In this document: one piece after another, positions 47,401 to 60,276 of the stretch
How positions within the stretch are numbered: the stretch's first letter is position 1
Layout: the number at the start of each line of letters is the position of its first letter
Assembly: GCA_030704615.1 (NCBI GenBank)
Contig: CM060732.1
Location: forward strand, 38,006,001 to 38,070,000
DNA from: Takakia lepidozioides
Taxonomy: Eukaryota > Plantae > Bryophyta
Length of the DNA stretch: 64,000 nt
Direction: 5' to 3'
Program-made: the position numbers and the translations under genes
Notes under the pieces: model-generated
What the model was told of the DNA's origin: nothing
What the model saw: the letters and a program-made list of their open reading frames with translations, nothing else
The model's database searches: none

Positions 47401-48064
47401 CCTCCGACACGTGCCACTTCAACCCCCTGTATTCGCCCATACGCGTGCCACATGCTATATCCAGACTCCACAGTGCGCCATGGAAGTCATATGTTCCAGT
47501 CATAACGACCACCCCCACCCCGCGTAATTTGACTTTACGTGTGGACCTGGCATTAAACGTCCGAAGTCATACATGCCAGTCACGAAAGCCCCTCCCGAAG
47601 CCCATTGTCATGGCACGTGTCATATCCCATTTTCGCCACGTGTGGCACTGGGGTTAATCGGCGGAAGTCATACATGCCAGTCTTGGAAGACCCCCTCTCC
47701 CTCACCCTGTCACGCCACGTGTCATGTCCAGTCTAATCCACGTGTTGTCCTGGGGTTAATCCTCCGAAGTCGTATATGCCAGTCGTGAAGACCCTGTCGC
47801 CTTCCCTTTGTCGTGACACGTGGCATATCCCTTCCGTTCCACGTGAAGCTGACATGGATTTGCAATCATTTATTACGGTCTTATCAATGACTATGATTAG
47901 GCATCCCCGTTGTCACGTCAACAGTGACCTCCATGACTGGCAGATACGACTCTATGGTGCTTACGACTCATTTGTCACAACTGATTGGGTTTATCTGACT
48001 GGGCAGTCATGCAGTCATAAAAGGCTGATACGACTAGAAAACAGCGACGTAAAAGCCGGATTCT
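44480..48064 (+). mobile_element. CACTA/En-Spm-like element remnant C: TnpA-like gene fragments plus right subterminal region
   Basis: RPLYVGEGQWTRLVAY...SAKMKKANS...GRGG (Ptta/En/Spm-like); last exon VQLIDTV...NAPLPY...LGDT...VW (Tnp1/En/Spm-like, ~46780-47073); CACGTG/GTCAT-rich subterminal repeats ending CGTAAAAGCCGGATTCT. Confidence 0.7.
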
Positions 48065-48698
48065 ATCTTTTTTGAAGAAGACAAAGTGAGAAGAAAATAA
48101 AGCAACCCTAAACCAAAACGTATCTTCCCTAAACCCAGTCCTCTCATCCAAGCCGAGTCCAAGTCTCGTCATCTAGGTCCAACTAGTCATTTATGAAATC
48201 CCAATACAAATATACCATAGAATGAACAATACATGTCCCTCGCCATTGTGGCACCCATATATTAATTCTAAAAACATACAATAGCATAAACTCATAACCC
48301 TATTTGTATTTAGATCTGGTATCCACAAATAAGGACACCCGATTTTATTTCTAAAAATATTGTAAATTTTATCTTCAAAGAATATATGTTACCCTATATT
48401 TGTTTTACACGCCGTTTGGAAAAAAATGGAAGTGACCAGTGTTGGACTGGTATCATGGTTTTTTGATACCACTAGGGTAAAGGTATTGGGGTAGAGTTGA
48501 ATTATTCAAACCAGTATGGTACTGTTATCAAATAATGTGTAAATTTGACAGCCTGGTATGGTATATGGTATGGTATCAAAGTGAAAATCTCATTGGTATG
48601 GTATAAAACAAAACTTTAAAAGTCATACGAGCCTAGTATGTGCCAAGGTCTGGTACCGGTGCACTAGTGCAGTTCTTTCTAACTCTTATAAATAAATT

Positions 48699-48729
<31 letters not shown>

Positions 48730-49760
48730 CCGAAGGCCCTTTAAATCATATTAAGAATGAAAGGCCGAGGCTAGGGAACACATAGTAAAGTTCAACCAAA
48801 AATAGGGAATTTAAAATAACACTTTAGAGGCCATGAAGGCAGTACGATAGGGATACCAAAAATGAAATGGCCATTTGAACTATTCAAATGGCTCATTCCA
48901 ATATTCAAATGGCCATTTGAATAGACCAAATGGCCCATTTCAATATTGAAAACGCTCTTGAAAACGCTCCATATAGTTAGTATCCCTAATGAAATTAACC
49001 CTACCTCTGTATCCTCTCCCTCAACCGGCGCATGCATGGTATTGGAGTGGTAGCGTGAGGAAGAAGACAAGACTGGTCAGGTTTGTGCCAGGGTTTTAGA
49101 AGTCCATGTATCGTGCCACACCAGGGAGGTTAGCTATTTCATGAGCATGAGCGGCATGAGCGGAGTAGCAAGACAATCGGTTTTCATGAGCAGAAGTACA
49201 AATTTTGGAAATTAAAAAAATTAAAAAATATATTTTAATGGAATGTGTCAGAAAAAACCAATATATTATTCATTGTTTGAAGGGAAAATTATAGTTTTGA
49301 GAGCCGTGCTCATGATATTTTGTCTTCCGCTCATGCAAATTCCGAGTGACATCTGCAAAAATGGCACCGAATTTCACGGTATTAGGGACCGCAACCGGAA
49401 AAATCTGCGACGTATTTCGCGGTAATAGGTGTCTTTGACGAAAAATGGTGCCGAATTCCGCGGCTATAGGTCTCGACATGATAGGTGTGTATGCCCAAAA
49501 TTTGGAAATGTGGCGTGGAATTTCGGTACATGGTGCCGGGGATTGCACAGATGTTGGGCACTTCTGGGCCATGTAACTGGAAATTCGGCGTCATTTTTCC
49601 AGAAATGGCCCCACAACTGCTACTGTTGGAACTCAGTTTGAATGGAATATTGTCTCTCATTCCAGGGGTTTTGGGGATGCATTTCATTACACTGCAAAAC
49701 AAAGTCTGATGCATCAAAATGCAATTGAAAATATCTATATGGTGGATTCCCTTTGCCCCA

Positions 49761-52700
49761 TCAATGATTTCTGGAATCCCTAAGGAGGAGTTTGTGCAGC
49801 TCGTTCATGCTCAACACCGGTGCATGAATAAAGTCATCAATAGTCAAGTTCATCCTCAACCTCTTCAGGTAAATGTAATACAGATGCTTGCACGGATAAT
49901 ACTTTGAACCCTTCTTTGCTTCCATCAACAAGAAGTCCGTACAATTGCAAGTCGGCTCCACTCCAATCGTAATTGTGTATACGTCGTCGCGTACAACTGA
50001 GCCGGCCGTTGCCATCCGATAAACACGCCCAAGGCCGGGTGAGGGTACGTCCATGGAGCTCTGAATAGTGCAAGTTATCCCAAGAGCATTGGCAATCCGA
50101 GTCTCATTCAACTTGTTGGGAGGGTGTCGTCTCTTCACTCTTCCGAATCGCATTATGGGATGTGCAGAATTGTCCAATCCGTCTCTATTGGACCAAACAG
50201 TCTTCAATGACTAGATCTGAGGAACTGGAAATGCGTAGGCCGGGACGTCTGTGCGTTGCACCTTTCAAAATCCTGATGCAAAAAGAGCATCCACCTCATT
50301 CTGAGAGAGGTTGCAACCCGGTGCAACAGGCCAGACGCCCGGAGGCTCCAGCATTCCCTGAATCCCGTACTTGGGCTTGCCAAATACACAAGTCATTATG
50401 TCGTGCCTACAGAACCAAAACGTCTACGATATGGCGTGAGCAAATGTGGGAGTAAAAAATCTACCGCTGAAACAAGGTGCAGGTACAGCACCATGTGGGT
50501 TCCTCCGAATCATCTCGCCACAACGTGCTCTCGTATCCACCCGGATGGCACAGCACTTCCCTCGAAATGCCGGCAATGTCCTTGCAATTCTCCACTATGA
50601 CTCCGACACTCTTGTCTCCACAATGGGTATATTGTATTGCGTTACTACAGATGGCTCGTTATGTTCCCCAGGCACGTGCCCTGTGCTCAAAGGAGATGAC
50701 GATCTTGAACGTGCAGGACTTGCGGTGCTCGACGAGACCTCCTCGGGCAACATCACAGGACCACGAGGGAGCGTGTGAATATTCTTGTCAGCTCGCCATG
50801 AATCCTCTTCTTTGTCTAGTGCCTTGTCAAGTCTTTGTCTCACTGGATGGGTGTGAACATCTCCTTCCAAGTGTTGGCCTCTTCGAAGCAATGGCGTGTC
50901 TCGAAGGCCCTCTCGCAAGGCGGCCGCCCACTTCCGAGGATTCTTCGATCTGGAGGCAGTCCGCATCAGCATTTCCTGCCTGTCCGGCCCCAAGCCCCAC
51001 TGTTTCCCTTTCAAGAACTCGTTGTACCTGCATTGTTGCATAATTGACCTCACAATGTCCTCCGTTGTGGCAGTGAGGATGTCCACCAGATGCACTGCAG
51101 AGGAGGCACGCCAGGAAGAATGCACTGATTCGGCCATGTTTGTCATCGGCATGTCGGAGTCGAAGTCGAGACACATTTCCTGCACATGCACATGTTGAGG
51201 TTACAAGCAAGTTACAAATAATGACTAGCATAATATTCAACAGGACGCGAATTCGTCCAACTCACCTCCCGCATATAGTCGCCGAACTGGAGGAAACGAT
51301 AATGCCACCATGCTAGCCAACTGACCATTGCTCCCTCGTCTGATTTCTTTACAGCACCTGACGATGTCCACCAAGCCCGTATACATGCAAATTGTGTCTC
51401 TGCATAATCCAAGGTGGGAGCACGCTTTCATGCAAGACACATGGAATGGTGTTCCTCTCTGAAATCTAGCGCCACGAGCCTGGTTGTGTACTTCGACAAG
51501 CTCTGCAAAAAATGGAACCCACAAGATCTCTCCTTGCCTTCCATCGGAACATTGGGGTCTTGCCCGTACACCCTTCGGATGGCAGCCCAATTTGCTTGTG
51601 CATTGTCCACCATGAAACCACGGAAATTGGGAGGGGGCAATCCCGCCATGGCCATCTGTTCGTTTATTCCCTGCCAAAGAAGCATCTCCGATTGTGTGTC
51701 CTCTCCTTTCATCTCACAAATAGCAATTGTCATTAGCATCCTGCAGTAGGTGTCGTAGACATGTGCACCCATTGTCACCCACTGGTGATTTGTAATTCGC
51801 TTGATATGGTCGAACATGACCCAACTGTTTGACAAGTCCCCACTCGTCATCCGGTTGACCAGTTCGACGCCGCTGCCAGGCCCACACGTGGACATTTTGA
51901 ATACGAAACAACGATTTGCCTCAGTCCCTTGTCCTGGAAACCTACTTCCATGAATGTAGTCATATCCACATCGTTGCTTCACCTCCAGAATGGAGTGCAT
52001 ATCCGAGCCATGCCCAATTTTCTGTTTGCAGGAGACAATGTGGTTTCGGACATTTGGTGAACAGGCGTGGGACACCGACTCCAACAATGCCTCCATTTCC
52101 TTGTCATCGAGAGGAACTCTGTCGGAGCCGTCTTCTGACATAATTCTGGCCAATGCCATCTTATGGGCGGCCTGCAGCTGTATCTGTTTGGGTTTGGCAT
52201 CAGGTCTCAACTTAACCTCCTCCTGCACGAGCTGCTTTGCCTCGTGTGCAGCCTCCCGTGAGTTCCCCCTCGCCAATTTGTGACAATGGGAACCAACTTG
52301 TATGCAAGCTCGCGTGAGGTCAGGGAAACGGTGCAACACATAGAATTGCTTGGCATTACAAACAGACATGCAATGTGGTGGTTCTTTGCAATGCGCACAC
52401 TTAAATGTGGAGTTTGGAACCTTCTCATGTGCTCGAAATGGTTGATGAGCTGTGCCTGTCCAATCCGTCTTGTTCCTGTGACCTCTGGATTTAAAGTGGA
52501 AGCAAGTTGGAGAGAAACACCGCAACTCGCCCGCACAAACAACGTAGTGCACCCGCACACCATCGAGCATCTTCATGCTGGTGGTTCTGGTGATGCACCA
52601 AGGATGACTGTCATGTTTTCTATCCATATCTGTCAACATTCCGGACGCCCTCGATTAGTCCGTCCGAGGAAGGAACTCAAAGAAGATATTACCGTCGACG

Positions 52701-53502
52701 TCTGCGGGAAGGCATGTAACGGATTTAATTGCGAACTTGCTGTAGTCCAGCCCAGCCAGCTCCGAGCGGTGTCCTCCATGTGAAGCCCTCGCAGAATTTC
52801 AAGAATGGATCGAACTGCTGTGCTCGTGCTGGGAATATAACTCCCTCGTCCGCTGGTGTCCATTGAGGACTTGCCTGATCTCTAGGATGATCTCGAAACT
52901 TCCATGACCTCGTCTGAGTCGGACAGGTTGTGAACAACCCGGTTCTCGCTCGCCTTCATTGATGGGTTCGGCTCTGGATTTACTTCGTTGCAGACTTCTC
53001 TCTTTGAGGTACCCACTCTCTGATTCGCGGATTGTTTCGTAGAAGGCGCCAAGATAGAAGGTGCATTTGGCGGGAAAATGAAGTCCCCAACAGCCCTGTA
53101 TATGACGCTGGCCGATGGTGGAACTCGCCATTCCCTGCAGTCGCCAAAATCATCGTGGAGCACAACAATACTTTCGACTACAACTCCGTTTGAATCCTTC
53201 CTTTCGTCCTCCAAAAATACCGTCCCCGGTTTGAGGTGGTATCGAACACATAGATATTTCTCCATCACCCTGCAAATGTCCCCTCTGCACGGAAATGTAG
53301 CTCTATGCTCGTGAGGAGGGCAGTACACTATAGCGCTCGGGTTTTCTGCCATGGGAGATGTGCACACGAGACTGCCAGGATGGCGTTCGGGCAAGCGCCT
53401 TTGGAGAAGGGGGATGCAGCGAGGGGAAGGAATGCAGGGCCAATTTTTCCGAGCGACAAAGTCTGTTCCGAATCCGGGGAGCCCACTCTCCCAAAAATCC
53501 AC
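49761..53502 (-). pseudogene. Mutator-type DDE transposase B (GCM/WRKY-like Zn module, DDE core, SWIM)
   Basis: HDSHPWC...CAGELRC...CAHC...C...IQVGSHCH; MFDHIKRI; FMVDNAQAN; CGFH; TNMAESVH; TCNCTDF...PCKHLY. The intron before the E motif is at the same position as in copy A. Several frameshifts. Confidence 0.88.
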
Positions 53503-54639
53503 TGTCAGAGTGTTTTTGAACTTTGTCTCCGGAATGCGGCCCCTGGCCTTTGCGCAATAACTGCCAACGGTATGCAGTCATAAGGTATATGACCAGTGCA
53601 AATGTGCTGCGCAAACCATTAATTGTGGCGTCTGACAAGAAACGTGGGGGCGACCATGCAAGCACCTTCCCCATGGGCAGAGGGAACTGACAGAGGTGGC
53701 ATTCCGGTGGGTCTGATTGCAAGATTGAGTACCAGACCCTCGCTGCCAAAAGTCAACATTCAACAAAATGCAACATTGCACAAAGTGGAACTTTGGTTCA
53801 AATGACACATTTTTATTAATAATGAATTGTGACAAGTATGCATGCCCTCACAAACCGAGGGAAGCCAGAAGTATGCATGCAATCCATGCTCAGGCAAGTT
53901 GGAAATTTGCTCTCGTATTGCACTGTTCTCACCAAGAAGCTGGAACCTCGATTGCCATCTCAACAAGCTCATGACTGACAGGGTGTCGGTAGGTGAAGAC
54001 AATGGATGCAGCCCGTTTGCCTTTGGTGTTGTGGACAACGGTGTCATGTCCTCCGATATATGCACCATCGTAAATCGAGATCTTTGTTGTGGAGACTCTG
54101 TGCCCATAAGACTCATCCTCGTAGCTTATGAGAATGTCCCCATACACTGTTTGGGATGGAATCCTCTCTGGCAATGTACACCCGATGCAATCCTTGTAGG
54201 CCCACTGGCAGCACCTCCAATGATGTAGTAAGGCCGTGCGGCTTTTGGGGATGTTCCATGCAGGCGGATAGTGCAGATCAACGATTCGCAGGCACCACAG
54301 CCGCGCAAGCCCGTCCCCGCAAGGCTGATCGTGGAAGCCAGGAAGGTACTCGAGAGCGGACAGGAGTACCCTCCTCTGCTGAGAGTGGTCTATCCAATTG
54401 CAGGTATATGAAAATATCCCCTGACTTGGGCGAGAAGTCCCACGGATTCTTGTTTGGACAGTTGTTTGGATCTCGGCACGCCATCGCCAACTATTGAAAG
54501 GGCTGTCAGGAAGCAGACAAGGTGCGCAGGGAGGGGGGAGTGTGGGGAAGCGGAAGAGAGAGGAGCTCGGAGCGAGGAAGTGTTGTTGTTGGAAACGCAA
54601 ATGGCAAGTGGCAAAGAAAAACATAATTTAATTCGACAT

Positions 54640-55930
54640 GGCGTCAAACCGGAGGGTGACGGCCCCGTGTGCCTGCCAGATAACATCCCCCGGATGGAAA
54701 AACGGCGCCAGATGTCCATCCGAGGCCGTCCATATGAAGTCGTCTCGGGGGGACAGGCCGACACCTGCCCTAAACCCTAAACATCCCCCGGATGAAAATT
54801 CGGCGCTGAATTTCCATCCGAGGCCGGCCGGTTGAAGTCCTCTGGTGGGGAGAGGCCGACACCAAGCCGACAGAGAATATCCTCTGGATGGAAATTTGGC
54901 GCCGAATTTCCATCCTGGGCAGGTCGGATGAAGTCGTCTCGGGAAAAAGGCCAACACCTGGCCGACAGAGAACATGCCCCGGATAGAAATTCGGCGCCGA
55001 ATTACCATCCGGGGCCGCCCGGATGAAGTCGGCTCGGGGGGAGAGGCCGGCACCTACCCGACAGAGAACATCCCCCAGATGGAAATTTGGCGCCGAATTT
55101 CCATCCGGGGCCGCCCGGACGAAGTCGGCTCGGGGGGAGAGGCCGGCACCTGCCCGACAGAGAATATCCCCCGGATGGAAATTCGGCGCCGAATTTCCAT
55201 CCGGGGCCGCCCGGATGAAGTCAGCTCGGGGGGAGAGGCCGGCACCTGCCCGATAGAGAACATCCCCCGGATGGAAATTTCGGAACTGAATTTCCATCCG
55301 GGGCCGTCCGGATGAAGTCGGCTCGGGGGGAGAGGTCGGCACCTGCCCGACAGATAACATCCCCCGGATGGAAATTCGGCGCCGAACTTCCATCCGGGGC
55401 CGCCTAGATGAAGTCGGCTCGGGGGGAGAGGCTGGCACCTGCCCGACAGAGAACATCCCCCGGATGAAGTCGGCTCGGGGGGAGAGGCCGGCACCTGCCT
55501 GACAGAGAACATCCCCCGGATGGAAATTTCGGCGCCGAACTTCCATCCGGGGCCGCCCGGATGAAGTCGGCTCGGGGGGAGAGGCCGGCACCTGCCCGAC
55601 AGAGAACATCCCCCGGATGGAAATTCGGCTCCGACCTTCCATCCCGGGCCGCCTGGATGAAGTCGGCTCGGGGGGAGAGGCCGGCACCTGCCCAACAGAG
55701 AACATCCCCCGGATGGAAATTCGGCGCCGAATTTCCATCCGGGGCAGGTCGGATGAAGTCGTCTCAGGGGAGAGGCCGACACCTGCCCGACAGAGAACAT
55801 CCCCCGGATGAAGTGGGCTCGAGAGGAGAGGCTGGCACCTGCCCGACAGAGAACATCCCCCGGATGAAGTCGGCTCGGGGGGAGAGGCCGGCTCTTGCCC
55901 GATAGAGAACATCCCCCGGATGAAGTCGGG
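54640..55930. repeat. GC-rich 96-bp minisatellite containing a perfect 38-bp palindrome, with 57-bp deletion variants
   Basis: Unit GATGAAGTCGGCTCGGGGGGAGAGGCCGGCACCTGCCCGACAGAGAACATC-CCCCGGATGGAAATTCGGCGCCGAATTTCCATCCGGGG-CCGCCCG; period 96 (55022 to 55118). Confidence 0.95.
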
Positions 55931-56911
55931 GGCCACAAGGCTACGGCAAACAACGTCTTATGAGTACAATGTATAATGGGGTGTCCATTTCCCCCATTTT
56001 ACACCATGTTACGAGGGAAGTACGAAGTGCCACCAAGCTTTGGGCCAAGAATTCTCCAAATTATGTGGAGTGCAATCAGGGTTTTCTTGAAGGGGTGCTG
56101 CCTGTGGAGTGAACTAAAGTGTTCATTCACCTTGTCAGAAAGTGCTTGTAGGTTTTTCTTTAAGGGGGGAGGCAGGTATCTTGAATTACGCTTCATTTCC
56201 CGAGTGCTACTAGCCTTTTCTATTGCAGGGAGACCCTACCTAGCGCATCTTTAAGGGTGGAGGTGTGTCCAAGAGTCACTTCAATAGCGAATCACTGTGG
56301 ACTGTTTTTTGTGGAAGGAGTATTTTGTGAGTGCTACGTAGTAGTCATCTGTAAAATTGGGCGAGGTTGCAATCGTCAAGTACAATGGTAATCTTTCTTA
56401 CTTGGTCCTGGCAAGTGGTCAGTAATACAGTTTGCCAGACTTCTTGAAGGAGATAGAGACCCAGTTTTGCAATTTTGTTATGCCTTGGTTACATTTCTGT
56501 ATTTCTTCCAATTGGGTCTCGCCATGGTCAGAATAGTGGTGCAACTTCATGTAAGTTGTCCCTCATGTTCATCAAGAAAGGCAAGTAGAATCGTTTGAAA
56601 GTTATATTCGGGGAGTGCGAGGTCTATGTGACGACGTGATTTTCACCAGTTTCTGCTTAGACATATTGTGTTGATGTCGTTGCCTGAGAGCTGCTCTCAT
56701 TCTCTGATTTCAGATTATGTGTACTGGCAGAGTTGTGAAGCTCCATGAAATTGTTGCTTTCTGAGTTTTGGAGGCACAATAATTTGTATTAAGCCATTCC
56801 CCAAATGAATGAAACTCATTATTAAGAGCTAATTTGCACTTGATTGTTTCAACCATGCCTTGATGGTGAGGAAACTAGCCTGCACTCATGCTTGGGCAAT
56901 TTCCAATGCAG

Positions 56912-59072
56912 GCACAGGAGCGAGGCCGAAGTCCATCGTCGCATGAAATCCAAGAAGGTTCAGTAAGCAGAACATTGACCAGCGAGCGGATGGTGAGATT
57001 CGAGCAGATCATTCTTTCTCCCATTTTTTGTCGATTATTTTGTTCTAGGCATTTTCCCTACCAACGGCATGATGTTCTCATGTTGTTCATGGACTTGCGT
57101 GGACCTGGCAGGAGGGGACCTCTGGGTATTCAGCAGTTGCTCGCAAAGTGGAGGATATGGAAAGAGCACAAGGTGCACAACACAAAGATATAATGGATTT
57201 GAAGGCTACAATATCGCATGTGATGATGTACCAGAAGGCCATGGCAGAGAAATTTGGGATCAGCATTTCCTCACCTGCCTTAGTGGGCTCATCCATAGCA
57301 AACAGCTCGTGCATCGCTGGCCCTTCAGCCTCGAGACATCTGGTGGACAGGTTTGACTTGCCTGGCATGTCACCAGGTAACGTCACTCCAGTTGATGCAT
57401 TCGAGGATGATGTGCAGGTGGAGCATGTTGGCCCAGGTGGAGGGGAGGACACCCCTACCAAGGAACTTACGCGTCCTCGTGCAGTTCTGTCACACTGTGC
57501 GGTAGTGGAGGCGCATGCAGAACTCCGGCCTGCTGCTGTCGCGGTGGGGGCATCTGAGAGAACCCTGGACATTGACCTTGTTTCGCCGCTGGCAGATATT
57601 ACCCAGCAACCCACGGTTGTCACTTCCACTCCCAACCTCCAATCCATGAAGGAGAATGTCGTGCACAGAACAGTGGAGAAGGGCAAGCATTTGCTCATCC
57701 TAGATATTAATGGCTTGTTGTGTGAGTGCGTCCATGTCGGGAGCGGTAATGCATTTGTGGTTCCAAATGGCCTTGAGCACAAATTATGTGGTAGCAAGAT
57801 GGTCGTTGTAAGGCCTGGTTGCAAAGCTTTTTTGGACAAGTGTTTTGAACACTTTGAAGTGGCAGCATGGTCTTGTATGCAACCACGTAACTTCCTACCC
57901 ACAGTGGACTGGCTTTTCCATAGGCACGGTGATCTTGCATTCAAGTAGGATGGGGGATATTGTGAGCAGTCCACTGACATGGATGGGAGCCTGCCCATGA
58001 AACCACGGTTTTTGAAGAACCTATCTACAGTGTGGCGGGGCAACCGTGACTGGAATCCTGAAACGACTCTTCTTGTTGACGACACACAGCACAAGGGGTC
58101 GAACAATCCAGCATACAACGCAATTTTCCCACTGCCTTGGAGAAGTCGTTATGTAGAGGCGCACAATGATAATTTTCTTCTGACCAGCTTATGGCCCTTC
58201 TTGGAGGGGGCAGCTAAGCCTCCGAGCATTCCAGAATATCTCAAAGGGCAACCCACATTTGGGCAACAAGCTATCAGCCCTTGAGCCATTCAGCCTCGTC
58301 AGGTAACATACTTTGTAGTGTGGTACACTCCGTGGTCAAATTTTTGTGTGACTCCCTTGTGCCATTGCCAGCCTCATTTGTGCTTAAGTTGTGGCAGTAA
58401 TCAACCTTGTGATAGAGTTTGTCAAATTACTGTCGCAGTGTGAACTGCAAGCATTGACAGTGAATGGTGCATCTTATTGTGTTACTGTCATTTGAGTTCC
58501 CAGTGTATGCCAAAATACATTTTTGGTGCTTGTTGGTTGGTTGTAGGTGCTTGGCCACGAACGAGGCCCCCCAAGTCAAAGGGGAGCACACCTTCACCCT
58601 TTCAGGAAGCCGACACCACTGATCCCTGATTCGTAGAATGGGGTAAGTGTATGCATCTGCTATTCTCCCCTTCCCGACCTGGATAGACAAATTGTTATTA
58701 GCTCATTGTAGACCTTGTAGACACAATACTTTGCACGATCCGTGTTCCATAATTCTCATGCAATCTGCCATGTTTGGGGTGGGATGGCAGTTCGTGGTGG
58801 GAGACCATGTCAAGCTCATAGACACTGTTTCGCGATCAACAGCCGGATCTGGCCGCATTGCTGGTCTCCAAGGGATGGAGGTGAGTGAAGGGTACCCTGT
58901 CGTGCCAGAAGGCTATATGGCCATCCACATTGATGATGTCCGCATTCCCAATGCCCCTCTACCATATCACAACAAATCCATGAAGCCTCATCACACTGAG
59001 TTGGGAGACACTGTAGGTTACATTACTGTGTGGAGTGACAAACTAGTGAAGACCTTGCAGACAAAGAGATGA
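56912..59072 (+). pseudogene. CACTA TnpA-like gene B carrying an FCP1/NIF (HAD-type) phosphatase domain
   Basis: Coiled-coil region, then LLILDINGLL...VRPGCKAFLDKCFEHFEVAAWS...KNL..VW...TLLVDD...NP. ORFs 57148-57948 and 57979-58284 share one frame separated by a single TAG. The last exon (~58790-59072) is homologous to 46780-47073. Confidence 0.78.
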
Positions 59073-59439
59073 GGCAGGTCGGCACGCATTGTGGATTTCA
59101 TGGGGATTTCCACCTCTGCCTCATCCGGATTTGGCAACTACGGTAACTTATAGTAGTGACAGATTCTCTGAATTGACTGTCCAATTTTGATAGCAACCAC
59201 ATGTTGGATTTCCTCATGCATGTTGTTGCAAACTTATGCCTCATTAATGAGCAATGTGGTGGTGGGTGGTATGTCCCCATTGCACACACTATGGTTGGTA
59301 ATGTTGTTGCTGGGAGAATGTGGTTGATAATGGTGATGCTGGATGGTGATGTTGCTGCTATTTGTGCTCTTTCAGAATTACGTCTGTGCCACTTCTGTGC
59401 CTAAAGTCTTGCTGTATACATGGTTTGTGATGTTGTATG

Positions 59440-60276
59440 GCATATGCACGTGACACCCTATTGGCTGCCTCTGTGGCATATCCACGTGTCCGTCCAGAGT
59501 CATAACCATGAGTACCGAACCCAATATGATACGTGTATGAGCATATTACATTCCGACACGTGACCCCCTAAGGTCCACGCGCAGTTGGTCTTATGACTCC
59601 ATATGCAAAACGTCTAGTCAAATGTATGTCTACAAAGCAGCACGTGAGGTTTAGAGGATTGTGCACGTGGCACCACGTGGGACTACAACGTCCTCATGGA
59701 AAGGGTGATCATGGAATATACCGTACTGCGCCAGTCGTAGGTATGACTGGCAAGAATCCACCGCAGCTCCCGAAAGTCCAGCACGTGGGCACACACGATC
59801 GTGGCACGTGGTGTCCCCAGATGCTGCCATGTGTTGATACCAATTTCCCCAAGATATACATGTGACTGCGAAGCCCCGTCCCCCAAAGTGACACGTGGCA
59901 TTGATATGTCGCACCACGCGTTTCTTCTACGACGCGACACGTGCTGTCGTTTAGTTCCCTTGTCCGCTGTCATAGCTGGCAGTCAGGGATGGCGTCGCAG
60001 TCTGACACGTGGCATGTTATGTAGCTAACGCGTGTCTACCTTACACCGCGGCTGACATGGACTACACTGTCCGTTCAGTCATTATGTAATGCCAGCGTGT
60101 ATGACTACCCCCACAGATGCTCTGGCGCCACGTCACAGCCAGCCTGGAGAGTCATATCTGCCATGTCACAACTGACTAGGGCTTTACGTCTGCAGAGTCA
60201 GGAAGTCGTAAATGGCTTCCATGACTGCATTTGCAGTCATAACAAAGAGACGTAAAAGCCGCAATCTGTTGTTGTG
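59440..60276. mobile_element. Right end of CACTA-like element B
   Basis: Dense CACGTG/GTCAT/ATGAC subterminal motifs. The terminus ...CGTAAAAGCCGCAATCTGTTGTTGTG (reverse complement CACAACAACAG, one change from CACTA) abuts integrase sequence exactly. Confidence 0.75.

Noticed and set aside
48420-49340. Small MITE-like patches (TGGTA repeats, AAATGGCCATTT repeats, ATGAGCGG inverted motifs)
   Set aside because: Could not define paired TIRs or TSDs by eye.
54628-55953. Long ORFs (388 aa, 299 aa and others) on both strands
   Set aside because: By-products of a GC-rich 96-bp (32-codon) palindromic repeat.
57087-58118. 343-aa minus-strand ORF
   Set aside because: Antisense shadow of the NIF-containing plus-strand frame.
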